Below, piece after piece: positions 28,745 to 39,184 of a stretch of 64,000 bases of DNA. Source of the stretch: a virus. The notes below the pieces were generated by a model. The model had not been told where the DNA came from. It ran no database searches and saw nothing but the letters and a program-made list of their open reading frames with translations. The position numbers and the translations under genes were made by a program. Location of the stretch: IMG/VR virus record IMGVR_UViG_3300029286_000012; one strand, given 5' to 3'. Within the stretch, counting starts at the first letter, position 1, and each line of letters starts with the position of its first letter.

Positions 28745-29422
28745 TTATGCTAAGTGTGTCATTAGCGTATTCATTTGTTTAACTCCACCTTTTGACAACT
28801 GAAATCCTTTTTGACCTGCACGATTGATTCGTTGGTCATAACTAGGATGACTGCTATTAGGCAGTTTAGTTATACTATTGTAAAAGTCGTAATCAGATTG
28901 TTTTTGATGCAAGAACTTAAACATCTCAACTTTGTTGTAGCCCAAAGCCCTACATAACCTAATAGCAAAGTCGTCAGCATCCATTTCTTCCCGACGTGCT
29001 TGCCCGAGATCAGGCTGAAAACCGTGTCCTAGGGCAATGTGTCCCAGTTCATGTGCTATAGCAAATGCCAGTGTAGCATCAGGAGCATCCCAAAACACAG
29101 TTAGGTCAAGACTGACAGTGCGATTGTCAGCATTTCCTTGAACCCATTGGTCATTCGACATAACACGAACCTTTGTCCCTGTCAGTCTTTGTGCCCATTC
29201 TGGACCGGCGGCTCGCATTAATTTACCTAACATACCATTACTACGTTGTTGCAGTTGTTCGAATCTAGGCATCCAAACGTCAGGTTGTTTTTTTATAGTT
29301 TCTAAATCTTGATATTCACCTGCTTTAGCTAAACCAGTAGCGCCCAATGCGGCGGCACCCGCTACACCTTTAAGTAAGTCTCTACGGCTAATAGCTTCGC
29401 TGATGAATTCGTTTGCTCTCAC
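28745..29422 (-). CDS. M48-family zinc metallopeptidase with a capsid-targeting-like leader followed by a twin-arginine signal (GTG start)
   Basis: (M)RANEFISE-AISRRDLLKG..AKA; AHELGH, EEMDAD, SHPS..RI. Confidence 0.8.
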   Translation of the reverse strand: MRANEFISEAISRRDLLKGVAGAAALGATGLAKAGEYQDLETIKKQPDVWMPRFEQLQQRSNGMLGKLMRAAGPEWAQRLTGTKVRVMSNDQWVQGNADNRTVSLDLTVFWDAPDATLAFAIAHELGHIALGHGFQPDLGQARREEMDADDFAIRLCRALGYNKVEMFKFLHQKQSDYDFYNSITKLPNSSHPSYDQRINRAGQKGFQLSKGGVKQMNTLMTHLA

Positions 29423-29423
29423 G

Positions 29424-29978
29424 TTATTTCTTAAGGTTTCTAATTTTCTGTTCAGCAATCATTACCAATTTTTCCATCTGTTGTACACTTTCACAGTTCC
29501 ATCTGCGTAGTGCTTTGTTGATTGGGCTATCCGGATCTCGTTTAGTCTTAGCACTTGCGTGAGCCTTCTTCATTCCACTCATTCTAGCACAGAATGATTT
29601 ACGGCGTTTAGCGGCTTTACTACCCTTCTTTAGTTTTGAAGGCTTAGTAGTAACAGCAGTCTTTAGTTTAGATCCTGGATTCTCTCTGCGATATGCTTTG
29701 ACAGCCTTACTGCTCATGCCATCAGTTTTGTCTTTTTTGTTGACCTTTTGCCAATCCTCATCTAAATCTTCTTCTTGTATATCTTTTGGCTTCTTACCAG
29801 CCTTTTTCATACTAATAGCAATAGCGGCTTGTTGTGCTGGATTAGCGGCTTCATCAATGTTCTTTGGATAGCCGGGCTTTGGTTTGCATTTGCAAGTTCC
29901 GGGTTTGCAAGTGCAACCTCTCATTCCACATTGTGGACAAATCTTGCTTGATTCTGTTAGTACTTCAGTAATTTTCAT
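29424..29978 (-). CDS. Basic modular putative head-internal protein
   Basis: MKITEVLTE start; IDE and LDE sites; Cys-rich module; KRRKSFCARM..ALRRWNC. Confidence 0.6.
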   Translation of the reverse strand: MKITEVLTESSKICPQCGMRGCTCKPGTCKCKPKPGYPKNIDEAANPAQQAAIAISMKKAGKKPKDIQEEDLDEDWQKVNKKDKTDGMSSKAVKAYRRENPGSKLKTAVTTKPSKLKKGSKAAKRRKSFCARMSGMKKAHASAKTKRDPDSPINKALRRWNCESVQQMEKLVMIAEQKIRNLKK

Positions 29979-30055
29979 AGTGGTATCCGTAAATAGTTGA
30001 CTTTATTGCGTAGGTATGCTACACTACATCTATTATTTATCATTTTGGTCTATCT

Positions 30056-31084
30056 ATGCACACAAATCAGTCAATCAAACGTATCGGTTTCGCTTGTAAA
30101 TGGGCAGAAATCAATCACAAAGATGAGATTGTTTCAGTCGAAGGTTTTAACACAGGAGGTACAACTCAAGCTTGGGCAAAGCGTAATAATCGAAGTGTAG
30201 TAGAAGAAAAGATTATGGATGTTGCTAAACGCAATATTATGAATACTCACGCACTTGTTAAACGTGTTGCTACACTAGAACCAGAATTGCGTATGTTGCG
30301 TTTGACTAGCGACATGCTTAGTTTCTATACTATGGATGAATACAAAGACTTTTGGCATAGTACAGATGTACAGAATAGCTTGGCTCGATGGTTTGCCCCT
30401 ATAGGTGAAACAGCACGTGCTAATGATGTGCGTCTTAGCTTTCACCCCGATCAGTTTGTTGTTTTAGCAAGCGACCGTGATGAGGTAGTAAATAAGAGTA
30501 TTGAAGAATTTGAATATCATTGTGACATGGTTCGTTTTATGGGCTATGGCAAATCATTTCAAGACTTCAAAGTAAACGTACACATTTCAGGACGTAGAGG
30601 CCCACAAGGCATTAGGGATGTGTACAACAGATTGTCGCCAGAAGCGAGAAACACACTAACACTAGAGAATGAGGAATACACACATGGACTTACAGACTGC
30701 TTATCATTATCTGACCTCGTACCTACGGTCATGGACATACATCATCACTGGATACGTGAAGGGGAATACATTGAACCTACTGATGACCGTGTTAAAAGGG
30801 TTATTGACAGTTGGCGTGGCGTTCGCCCTACTTTACACTATTCTGTCAGTAGGGAAGATTGTCTTGTTGAACACTCCCGCAATGAACGTCCCGCCCATGA
30901 TGCGTTGATTGAGGCAGGATACAGTAAGCAAAAACTTCGGGCACATAGTGATTACTATTGGAACGAAGCTGTTAACGATTGGGCATTGACATTCATTGAT
31001 AATTTTGATATGATGTGTGAATCAAAGGCAAAGAATCTTGCCAGCTTTAAATTACTAGAGAGATATAAATGTTTGAAAAATTAA
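30056..31084 (+). CDS. uvsE: UV damage endonuclease
   Basis: RIGFACK, RLSFHPDQF, LENEE, DIHHH, HYS, RAHSDY, MCESKAKNLA. Confidence 0.92.
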   Translation: MHTNQSIKRIGFACKWAEINHKDEIVSVEGFNTGGTTQAWAKRNNRSVVEEKIMDVAKRNIMNTHALVKRVATLEPELRMLRLTSDMLSFYTMDEYKDFWHSTDVQNSLARWFAPIGETARANDVRLSFHPDQFVVLASDRDEVVNKSIEEFEYHCDMVRFMGYGKSFQDFKVNVHISGRRGPQGIRDVYNRLSPEARNTLTLENEEYTHGLTDCLSLSDLVPTVMDIHHHWIREGEYIEPTDDRVKRVIDSWRGVRPTLHYSVSREDCLVEHSRNERPAHDALIEAGYSKQKLRAHSDYYWNEAVNDWALTFIDNFDMMCESKAKNLASFKLLERYKCLKN

Positions 31085-31479
31085 AGAATTTATTTAAGAA
31101 GCCAGAAGTTAAATCTGAGCCTGCACCTAAGAAGGTTAAAGAAAAGAAAGTTGCACCCGAACTTACTGCTAAAGAGAAAGCAACGGCGGCTGGCGAGCCA
31201 TACGTTAACATTCTAAGTATGGAGCTTGACCCCAATGATGTTAATAACGGTGCATTTGAATTAGATTGGAATGATAAGTTCATTTTGAATTTGATTCGTG
31301 CAGGGTATAAACAAAAAGATAGTGATACAGATGATGTACTAGTAGACCGCTGGTTCCAAACAGTTTGCAGAAATATCGCATTAGAAGTATATGAGCAACA
31401 ACAGGCTGATCCTACAAACCGTGACTTACGTGTGGTCCGTACTAAAAACTTGGGTGATGGCCGTACAGAAGTTAGTTGA
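31069..31479 (+). CDS. Hypothetical protein
   Basis: AFELDWND...VDRWFQTVC. Confidence 0.6.
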   Translation: MFEKLKNLFKKPEVKSEPAPKKVKEKKVAPELTAKEKATAAGEPYVNILSMELDPNDVNNGAFELDWNDKFILNLIRAGYKQKDSDTDDVLVDRWFQTVCRNIALEVYEQQQADPTNRDLRVVRTKNLGDGRTEVS

Positions 31480-31484
31480 AGTAG

Positions 31485-31540
31485 TGTTGTAAAAATACAA
31501 CAAAATAAAATTTGACAATAATACCATATGGATGTATAAT
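31485..31540 (+). promoter_or_regulatory. sigma70 promoter with upstream palindrome
   Basis: TGTTGTA-AAAA-TACAACA at 31485-31502; TTGACA 31512-N17-TATAAT 31535. Confidence 0.75.
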
Positions 31541-31570
31541 ACATACATTGCAACAAACTATAGGTAACAC

Positions 31571-33379
31571 ATGAAGCGTAATAAAACATCAGTAGCGTTA
31601 GCAGTTGATGAAATTTCAATTCCCGATATCGAACCATTACAACAGGAATATCTAGTAGACAATATTCTTGATGCAATCACTAGGTTTTTAAAATCAGCCG
31701 TAAAAAAAGCTATTGTAGTGCAGGCTCCTACTGGTAGTGGTAAAAGTTTCACTATCACTAACTACACCTCTATTCTTATTGCACAAAACTTTAAGAAAAT
31801 TAAAAATATTTTCTTTGCGGCGCCTTCACAGGAATGTGTTGACGAGCCACTTGAAAGTATGATGAAGTATGATGGCACCTACATTGGCAACAAATTAGTT
31901 AAAGTCTATGACAGTAAACAATTGAAATATTCATTGGTCAATAATATTGACTTACCGGGTGACATTCGTTATTTCTTTATGACTACACAATATATGTATG
32001 GTCTGTATGAGAACTATGACCCAGCGAATCCCGATGACTTTGATTTGATGTTACCCGATCTTATCTTTAATGATGAGGCACATCGTGGTTTAGGCGTACC
32101 TGACAAGTCAACTACTAAAGATGACCAGGGCATTACTAATAATAACTGGGAACCTAAATGGTTTGACATGCAGACTGCAATGATGGATAGTGGTACTATC
32201 GTCATTCATTTGACTGCAACACCTACCCAATCTCAACGTATGAAAACATTGGTTGGTGCTGACAAGTACATACAGTTGCCTACAATGCCTAAATTCAAAG
32301 AAGCAAATGCATTCACTAAATTTGAATATCATGGAAATCGTGAAGATTTGAATGAGACATTAGATGCCGCCTACAAGACATTTGCTTGGCAAGTTAATGA
32401 GATTCGCAATCAACAAGTTTTGATTCCACAAGACACATGGGATTCTGTTTCTGATAAGATACCAAAAATGATGCCCGGCATCATTATTAGTTTAGGACGC
32501 AATAACGCAGTTAATGGTATCCCAATTGGTGCAGTAATGAAAGATGTTAAAGAGTTCGTTAAACGAATCAATGCGGTGTTGTTTGTTTCTACATCTAAAG
32601 AAAAGCATTTTGATGGTAAGGCTATCAAGCGCATGAGTGACGGTATTAAATTGGCTAATAGCCCTGCTTACCTGAACAGACCGCTTGTGATGGTTGTTGT
32701 TGATTCAGGTAAGATGGGTATCAACATTCCTCGATTGATTACGGCAGTAGTTTGTAAAGTCCCCGCACAACAAAAGATTCACAACAGCTATACACAGTTT
32801 GTTGCACGTACTTGTCGTTTGCCTTTCTTCCGTGACCATGAATTGGGAATTGAATTCATTCGCAAGATGAAAGTGTCCGATGAAGTGAAATCACTAGTGT
32901 GTTCATACTATTCGTTACTGTCTACATCGTTTGCCATTCTTCCGCAAGATACTGAATTGATGCAGTTAGTAGAAGAATTCTACACAGAAGATACGTTTGA
33001 AATGATCGATGGTATCGATTACATTCTGAAGGGAGTGTTCGGAGGTAAGGATCCAAAAAAGTTGCTTTCGGGTTTGCGACTTGCGTTTGATAACGGCCAA
33101 CTTAATCAATTGTTTCGCAAGGACCATTGTGAAGCCTGTAAAGGTGTTTGTTTTGAGCAAGCAATTAAGGGTTACATTGAACAATACGGAGACGATACTA
33201 GTTCATTAGGAGACTTCATTGAAGATTGGAAAACTACATTGCAAGTAGATCATATTGATGGTAATCGTTACAATAACGACACATCAAATCATGCAACAGT
33301 TTGTCCAAATGTACATATGTTGAAAACTCAGAGACAAAAAGACTTTTTGAACAAATATACTTTTGGCAATAAAAAATAA
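31571..33379 (+). CDS. SF2 (DEAH / type III Res-like) helicase with C-terminal HNH nuclease domain
   Basis: APTGSGKS, NDEAH, LTATP, GKMGINIP, QFVARTCR; CEAC...QVDHIDGNRYNN..NHATVCPNVH. Confidence 0.8.
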   Translation: MKRNKTSVALAVDEISIPDIEPLQQEYLVDNILDAITRFLKSAVKKAIVVQAPTGSGKSFTITNYTSILIAQNFKKIKNIFFAAPSQECVDEPLESMMKYDGTYIGNKLVKVYDSKQLKYSLVNNIDLPGDIRYFFMTTQYMYGLYENYDPANPDDFDLMLPDLIFNDEAHRGLGVPDKSTTKDDQGITNNNWEPKWFDMQTAMMDSGTIVIHLTATPTQSQRMKTLVGADKYIQLPTMPKFKEANAFTKFEYHGNREDLNETLDAAYKTFAWQVNEIRNQQVLIPQDTWDSVSDKIPKMMPGIIISLGRNNAVNGIPIGAVMKDVKEFVKRINAVLFVSTSKEKHFDGKAIKRMSDGIKLANSPAYLNRPLVMVVVDSGKMGINIPRLITAVVCKVPAQQKIHNSYTQFVARTCRLPFFRDHELGIEFIRKMKVSDEVKSLVCSYYSLLSTSFAILPQDTELMQLVEEFYTEDTFEMIDGIDYILKGVFGGKDPKKLLSGLRLAFDNGQLNQLFRKDHCEACKGVCFEQAIKGYIEQYGDDTSSLGDFIEDWKTTLQVDHIDGNRYNNDTSNHATVCPNVHMLKTQRQKDFLNKYTFGNKK

Positions 33380-33390
33380 GAAAGAGTTAA

Positions 33391-34260
33391 ATGTCAACTA
33401 ATATTCGCACTAGCCACAAAGGTATTTGGAGTGTAGACCTTGAAAGATATATTCCTTTCTCTATATTTGAAAATGAGGCAGCATCTCGAGGATATCGTGC
33501 TAAAGATAGAAGACCAGAAGAGCATATTATACATAATGGATTTACTATTAGGTCTAATAATGGCGTAGATTGTGAACTAAAAGTTGTTACCAAGGGATAT
33601 CCAGAAGGTAAACCCAAAGTAGTGTATATTGCTGGTTTTAAAAATGCAGAAGCTAAAACTCTAATATTGAGACAGGAAATTGAATCTAAAGGAATGGTCA
33701 TAGTACATGACAATCGTGATTATCTCTTCATCCAATTAGCAGAAAATGTTATGGATGGTTTTTGGGAACTAGTTGACTGTGTTGAAAATATTAATACAAT
33801 TCTTAGAAGTCCCGGTGGTCCTAGAAGAAGTATTACCATTAATCCACACAATTATGCGATTGCATCAGCCGAAGTGTTATATACTGCACAAAAATACGGA
33901 ATGCCTGTTTTATTAGGCAGGGGTGCAGATATTTTTGATAACCTTCATGTAAAAAAATTAGTTACTAAAGGTTATAGTATTGCAGGACGACAACAACTTA
34001 CAACCAAAAATGCATATTGTGAGCATATTGTTCCGTGTGCCTGGATAGAAAAAACGGCATTAGAAATGTATAAAAACAACTATTCTGTACAAGATGTTGC
34101 TGATATGATACAGCGAAATTTAGCAGTGGCTTATATTAGCGATGCAGAAGCCGATTTGTTAAACAATTATTTTAAATGGAAAACAACTATGCCCCCTAAT
34201 TGGAAAGACGGCGACAATGTGATTGACCGTTTAACTCAGGCTGGCATCATCATGACTTGA
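33391..34260 (+). CDS. Hypothetical protein, possible HNH-like C-terminal domain
   Basis: CEHIVP motif; co-transcribed with the helicase-HNH gene. Confidence 0.5.
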   Translation: MSTNIRTSHKGIWSVDLERYIPFSIFENEAASRGYRAKDRRPEEHIIHNGFTIRSNNGVDCELKVVTKGYPEGKPKVVYIAGFKNAEAKTLILRQEIESKGMVIVHDNRDYLFIQLAENVMDGFWELVDCVENINTILRSPGGPRRSITINPHNYAIASAEVLYTAQKYGMPVLLGRGADIFDNLHVKKLVTKGYSIAGRQQLTTKNAYCEHIVPCAWIEKTALEMYKNNYSVQDVADMIQRNLAVAYISDAEADLLNNYFKWKTTMPPNWKDGDNVIDRLTQAGIIMT

Positions 34261-34291
34261 CATTTATTAAATAATAGTATATAATACAAAT
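34257..34291 (+). promoter_or_regulatory. sigma70 promoter, leaderless start of rnh
   Basis: TTGACA 34257-N17-TATAAT 34280; ATG 6 nt later. Confidence 0.75.
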
Positions 34292-35290
34292 ATGAAATAC
34301 GCACTTATCGACACAGCAAATACCTTCTTTCGGGCACGACACATTGCTTCACGCAATAGTGATACTTGGGAGAAGATTGGAATGGCACTACATCTTACAC
34401 TTGCATCAGTCAATCAGGTTGTACGCAAGTTTGGAGCCGATCACGTAGTGTTCTGCTTAGAAGGCCGTAGCTGGCGTAAGGATCATTATGCTCCGTATAA
34501 GAAAAATAGGGTAGTAGATACTCTATCACAGACTGAAGCTGAACGTGAAGAAAATGAAATGTTTTGGGATACGTATGAAAAGTTCACTACGTTTCTAAAA
34601 GAAAAAACAAACGTATCAGTACTCAGGCATGAACGTGCTGAAGCTGATGATATGATTGCCCGTTTCGTTCACTTACACCCAAATGACACGCATTACATTA
34701 TTAGTTCTGATACTGATTACATTCAACTTATTAGTGACAACGTGCACCAATACAACGGTATCACAAATCAATTCATCACCCTCGAAGGATACCATGATGA
34801 AAAGGGTAGATTAGTTGTAGATAAGAAAACTAAAGAACCCAAGTTACTTGGTGACCCACAATGGCATCTTTTTATGAAGTGTATGCGCGGTGATAGTTCT
34901 GACAATGTGTTCAGTGCTTATCCCGGGGTACGTGAGAAAGGTACTAAGAACAAAGTTGGACTAACTGAAGCGTATGCTGATAGACATAAAATGGGCTTCA
35001 ATTGGAACAATATGATGTTGCAACGTTGGGTAGACCATAATGAGGTTGAACACAGGGTTAAAGATGATTACGAACGTAACCGTGTACTGATTGACTTGAC
35101 CGCACAACCACAAGAGATTAAAGATTTAGTTGACCAACGTATTAAAGAGGGTGTTCGTGTAACTACTACCCCTCAAGTAGGCATTCACTTTATGCGATTC
35201 TGTGGTAAGTATGAGTTGACTAAAATTAGTGACCAAGCTGAGACCTATGCAAAGTGGTTGAACAGTCCTTATAAAGGTAATTTAGTATGA
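34292..35290 (+). CDS. rnh: T4 RNase H-like 5'-3' exonuclease (FEN family)
   Basis: LIDTAN, SWRK..Y..YKKNR, EADDMIA, ISSDTDY, GDSSDNV. Confidence 0.9.
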   Translation: MKYALIDTANTFFRARHIASRNSDTWEKIGMALHLTLASVNQVVRKFGADHVVFCLEGRSWRKDHYAPYKKNRVVDTLSQTEAEREENEMFWDTYEKFTTFLKEKTNVSVLRHERAEADDMIARFVHLHPNDTHYIISSDTDYIQLISDNVHQYNGITNQFITLEGYHDEKGRLVVDKKTKEPKLLGDPQWHLFMKCMRGDSSDNVFSAYPGVREKGTKNKVGLTEAYADRHKMGFNWNNMMLQRWVDHNEVEHRVKDDYERNRVLIDLTAQPQEIKDLVDQRIKEGVRVTTTPQVGIHFMRFCGKYELTKISDQAETYAKWLNSPYKGNLV

Positions 35291-35604
35291 GCAATAAAGA
35301 AGAAACACAATGGGTTCTTGTAGAATGTGTTAGTACATTCCGTCAACGGTATATGGTTGAAGTGCCCCTAGGTACTGATGACTATGGCAATGATAAAACA
35401 TTGTGGGCGTTAGATACAGTAACAATGCAAGCGGCAAAAGAATTCAGCCAAGAATATCTTGGTGAACAGATTGTCAGTCATCGTGTAGTTACGTATGATG
35501 AGGCATTGTCATTATGTGATAAGGACAACGATTATGTTGTATCTTGGGATACTGAAACAAAAGTTAAAAACTTTTTTACAACACTGGCTGACCAAGAAAA
35601 ATGA
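35287..35604 (+). CDS. Hypothetical protein
   Basis: ATGA-coupled ORF. Confidence 0.6.
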   Translation: MSNKEETQWVLVECVSTFRQRYMVEVPLGTDDYGNDKTLWALDTVTMQAAKEFSQEYLGEQIVSHRVVTYDEALSLCDKDNDYVVSWDTETKVKNFFTTLADQEK

Positions 35605-35828
35605 CATACACAACACCTGACAAAATCATTAAAACAATTCGTAAAGATGATCCTGACTTTATGATTGATAATGGTATTGTTATGGCACCACGTGCTGGAC
35701 TTGAAATAAGTAATGATTGTCCAAGACAATATAAATCGATGATTATAGAAGCTATAAAAAATGGTTGGTTAAAGCCTATAGCCTACATGAAAGAATCAGA
35801 ATTTGTTTGGGAACAACTAGGAGAATGA
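35601..35828 (+). CDS. Hypothetical protein
   Basis: ATGA-coupled ORF. Confidence 0.55.
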   Translation: MTYTTPDKIIKTIRKDDPDFMIDNGIVMAPRAGLEISNDCPRQYKSMIIEAIKNGWLKPIAYMKESEFVWEQLGE

Positions 35829-35829
35829 A

Positions 35830-36036
35830 ATGAACAGAGATTACAACAACTTACAATATATTTTAAACAAAACACCGGAAGAATTGCATGAGTGGTGGTA
35901 CTCATTAGAAGATGAAGACAAAGCCTATGCTATGGAAATCATTATAGAATATCGTAAGATGCTAGATGAACCAGTGGTAGCAGATTATTCTATAGCAAAA
36001 AATTATCTGAAAAAATTTCAACTAAATATCTCATGA
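35830..36036 (+). CDS. Hypothetical protein
   Basis: ORF with AGGAG RBS. Confidence 0.55.
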   Translation: MNRDYNNLQYILNKTPEELHEWWYSLEDEDKAYAMEIIIEYRKMLDEPVVADYSIAKNYLKKFQLNIS

Positions 36037-37172
36037 ACGACAACATTTGCTATTATCCCTGGGTTGGTATTGATATAGGAGTGCAACATGATTTTAGACC
36101 ATGTTGTAAATATTCCAATATTATTGCCAACACACTGGAAGATTATTTAGCAAGTGATGAATTAGCACAACTTAAACAAGATTTTATTGACGGTAAGAAA
36201 CCAGCCGGATGTAGTAGATGTTGGAAAGATGAATCTGTAAAGGTTGAATCTAAAAGACAACGTGATTGGAAATACGTTTTTGAAGAAACAGTTCCTGATC
36301 TAAGTCACATAAAAGCATTATGTGTTCCTTTTGGCAATATATGTAATCTTGCTTGTAGAAGTTGCAGAAGTTATGCAAGCAGTCGTTGGCTTTCAGAAGA
36401 ACAAAAATTAAAAGAGGTGTTTCCTGAAACTAAATCATGGCCGCACAATAGATATTATGCAGAAGAAAACTTCCTTGAAAATATCAAAAGTATATCAGAT
36501 AATCTAATATTGATTGAGGTTCCCGGTGGCGAACCATTTGTAACCGGTACTGAAACTCACTTAGAATACTTAGATTATCTGATTGAACACAATGCTAAAA
36601 ACATAACCATACATTATACTACAAATTGCACCATCATGCCTGATGAAAGATTTTGGTCTAGATGGAATAATTTTAAAAAAATTGATATGCAATTAAGTAT
36701 TGATGGCACACATAAAGTGTATGAATATACAAGATGGCCCGGTGTTTGGTCAGAAGTATATGACAATATTAAATCATACCAAAATAAAGAAAAAGAGTAT
36801 ACTAATTTACAATTAAGTATTTCACATACACTAAGCATATTTAATATATTCTATGTTGATGATTTTTTACAATGGTGTAGAGATGAACAACTTCCCAAAC
36901 CTTTTATAGGTATGGTGTTTAGACCAGATTATTACAGTGTCAATATGTTGAGCAAAAATACAAAAGAATACTTGTGTAACAAATTAATTGATCCGCACTC
37001 ACAACAGGTATTAAGTTATATGATTGGAGAGGACAACCAAAAGTTACTAGAAAAGGCATTCAAGTATATAATAACACTTGACGAGCATAGAAATCAAAAG
37101 TTTAGTGAGTCATTACCCGAATTTTATAATCTATTAAAAGATACCTGTAGTGTGCTAGGAAAGTTACCATGA
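36033..37172 (+). CDS. Radical SAM protein with N-terminal SPASM/twitch-like Cys cluster
   Basis: CNLACRSC, GGEPF, YTTN, SIDG; N-terminal C..PW...PCC...CSRCW. Confidence 0.85.
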   Translation: MNDNICYYPWVGIDIGVQHDFRPCCKYSNIIANTLEDYLASDELAQLKQDFIDGKKPAGCSRCWKDESVKVESKRQRDWKYVFEETVPDLSHIKALCVPFGNICNLACRSCRSYASSRWLSEEQKLKEVFPETKSWPHNRYYAEENFLENIKSISDNLILIEVPGGEPFVTGTETHLEYLDYLIEHNAKNITIHYTTNCTIMPDERFWSRWNNFKKIDMQLSIDGTHKVYEYTRWPGVWSEVYDNIKSYQNKEKEYTNLQLSISHTLSIFNIFYVDDFLQWCRDEQLPKPFIGMVFRPDYYSVNMLSKNTKEYLCNKLIDPHSQQVLSYMIGEDNQKLLEKAFKYIITLDEHRNQKFSESLPEFYNLLKDTCSVLGKLP

Positions 37173-37369
37173 AATCACGTGAAGAAATCATTACTGATAT
37201 GTGCTATACATATCGACATGATTATGGATTAGATAAAGATTCAAATGGTCCTCCTTGGTTATCAGGAATGACACCGGAAGAGCGTAAAGGATTGTACAAC
37301 ACAATGGCTCAGATTTTTGATAATAGTATTGCACCTGTTATGGAATTAAAAAATGGCAAGTCTCGCTGA
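37169..37369 (+). CDS. Hypothetical protein
   Basis: MCYTYRHDYGL. Confidence 0.55.
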   Translation: MKSREEIITDMCYTYRHDYGLDKDSNGPPWLSGMTPEERKGLYNTMAQIFDNSIAPVMELKNGKSR

Positions 37370-37622
37370 ATACTTTGAACAACATCGTTATAAGCCTAAA
37401 TATGAGTTTATGGCTAGAGTGACCGGTATGTATGGTAAGATACGTTGGATTGGTAGTGTTGGTAATGATACTGTTATTAGTGACCAAATAGGTCCTATGT
37501 TGCACATTCATTTAGATTTACCACTAAAGATTGATGGTAAATATACCGATCATCTTTTCACGAAACACAAAGGTGTAAATAGATTAGTAAGCTTTGATGA
37601 AGAACCCAAGAAAAAGAAATAA
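37353..37622 (+). CDS. Hypothetical protein
   Basis: ORF in operon. Confidence 0.55.
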   Translation: MASLAEYFEQHRYKPKYEFMARVTGMYGKIRWIGSVGNDTVISDQIGPMLHIHLDLPLKIDGKYTDHLFTKHKGVNRLVSFDEEPKKKK

Positions 37623-39151
37623 TGTATGATGCAGTAATTTTTACTGATGTAACCGATACAGTAACTATCTATAAAGCAATCGGTGCATATAAGATTGCTA
37701 ATACTCTACGACAACAAGGATATAGATGTTTAGTCGTGGATCACCTACACGCATTTAATTTAGATGAGATTAAACAAGTCATTGACAAATCAGTATCAGT
37801 TAATACGTTGTTTGTAGGATTCAGTACAACCTTCTTTAATAACATCATTGACTCTACTAACATAGATGGGTCAAAAACATATAAACCTGTATTGTCCGGA
37901 GTTATACCACAGGGTATTGATTTTGAAACTTGTGTTGTTAATCATATTAAATCCAGAAACTATAACTGTAAAATTGTAGTAGGCGGTACAAAGGCTCACG
38001 CTAACTTAAATGATAAGAACATAGATTATAGTGTGATTGGATACGGGGAAGTCAGTATTCTATCTATCGCTAATCATTTAAAAAATAATACACCACTAGT
38101 TAATAGCTATAAAAATTTATATGGTATTACAATAGTTGATAACAGAACAAATGATAACTATAATTTTGTCAATAGCAAATTTGAATGGGAAGATTTAGAT
38201 GTTGGAAATGCTAAGGTATTACCATTAGAGATAGCACGTGGATGTATTTTTAAATGTAAGTTTTGTAGTTATCCATTGAATGGAAAACAGAACTTAGATT
38301 TTATTAGACACAGTGATATCTTATATGAAGAAATGCAATCAAGCTATGACAAGTTTGGTGTATCTAATTTTTATATACTTGATGATACTTTCAATGATAG
38401 TACATATAAATTGGATATACTACACAACACAATCAAACGATTGACCTTTCAACCTAAGTTCTGGGCCTATACACGGTTAGATTTAATAGCACAGAACAAT
38501 GAATTGATTGATAAGTTATATGAGATTGGCTTGCGTGGGATTTATTTCGGAATTGAGACACTTCATAAACGCACAGGATTAATAATTGGTAAGGGATTTG
38601 ATAGGGAAAAACAAATCAATACTATAAAACAAATACGTGAACGATATGGTAATCAAGTAACAATGCACGGAAGTTTTATATTAGGATTACCAGAAGAACC
38701 AATAGATTCCATGCGACATACTTTTAATCAACTAATGGATAATAGTATCCCGTTACATACGTTTATATTTCATGGGTTAAGTTTATACAAGAATGAATCC
38801 GTACCCTTCAATAGTGAATTGGGTAAAAATTTTAAAGATTACGGTTATACCGAACTAAATACGGATCATAATAGTCCTAAAATCAATTGGAAAAATCAAC
38901 ATTTAGATAATACGATTGCAAACGAGTTAGCAAACGAGTTTAATACAACAGCACAAAATAGTAATAGACTAGGCTTGCCCGGGCAGATAGGATTTTCGTT
39001 AAAGAATTTAGGATATACAGATGATTACATTTCAAATACCAAGTATAATGAAATAAAATGGCAAGATATCACCCTTAACAAAAATTTATATATTGAAGCA
39101 TACAAGAATCTATTGTTTAATAGGTTAACCAAATCTATTGACTTAAAATGA
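37622..39151 (+). CDS. Class B-type (B12-binding-domain-like) radical SAM protein
   Basis: VGFSTTF, IVVGG, GYGE; EIARGCIFKCKFC, DDTFND, FGIET, FILGLPEE. Confidence 0.85.
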   Translation: MYDAVIFTDVTDTVTIYKAIGAYKIANTLRQQGYRCLVVDHLHAFNLDEIKQVIDKSVSVNTLFVGFSTTFFNNIIDSTNIDGSKTYKPVLSGVIPQGIDFETCVVNHIKSRNYNCKIVVGGTKAHANLNDKNIDYSVIGYGEVSILSIANHLKNNTPLVNSYKNLYGITIVDNRTNDNYNFVNSKFEWEDLDVGNAKVLPLEIARGCIFKCKFCSYPLNGKQNLDFIRHSDILYEEMQSSYDKFGVSNFYILDDTFNDSTYKLDILHNTIKRLTFQPKFWAYTRLDLIAQNNELIDKLYEIGLRGIYFGIETLHKRTGLIIGKGFDREKQINTIKQIRERYGNQVTMHGSFILGLPEEPIDSMRHTFNQLMDNSIPLHTFIFHGLSLYKNESVPFNSELGKNFKDYGYTELNTDHNSPKINWKNQHLDNTIANELANEFNTTAQNSNRLGLPGQIGFSLKNLGYTDDYISNTKYNEIKWQDITLNKNLYIEAYKNLLFNRLTKSIDLK

Positions 39152-39184
39152 AAATATGTTATTATTAGATAATAAAGGAATATA

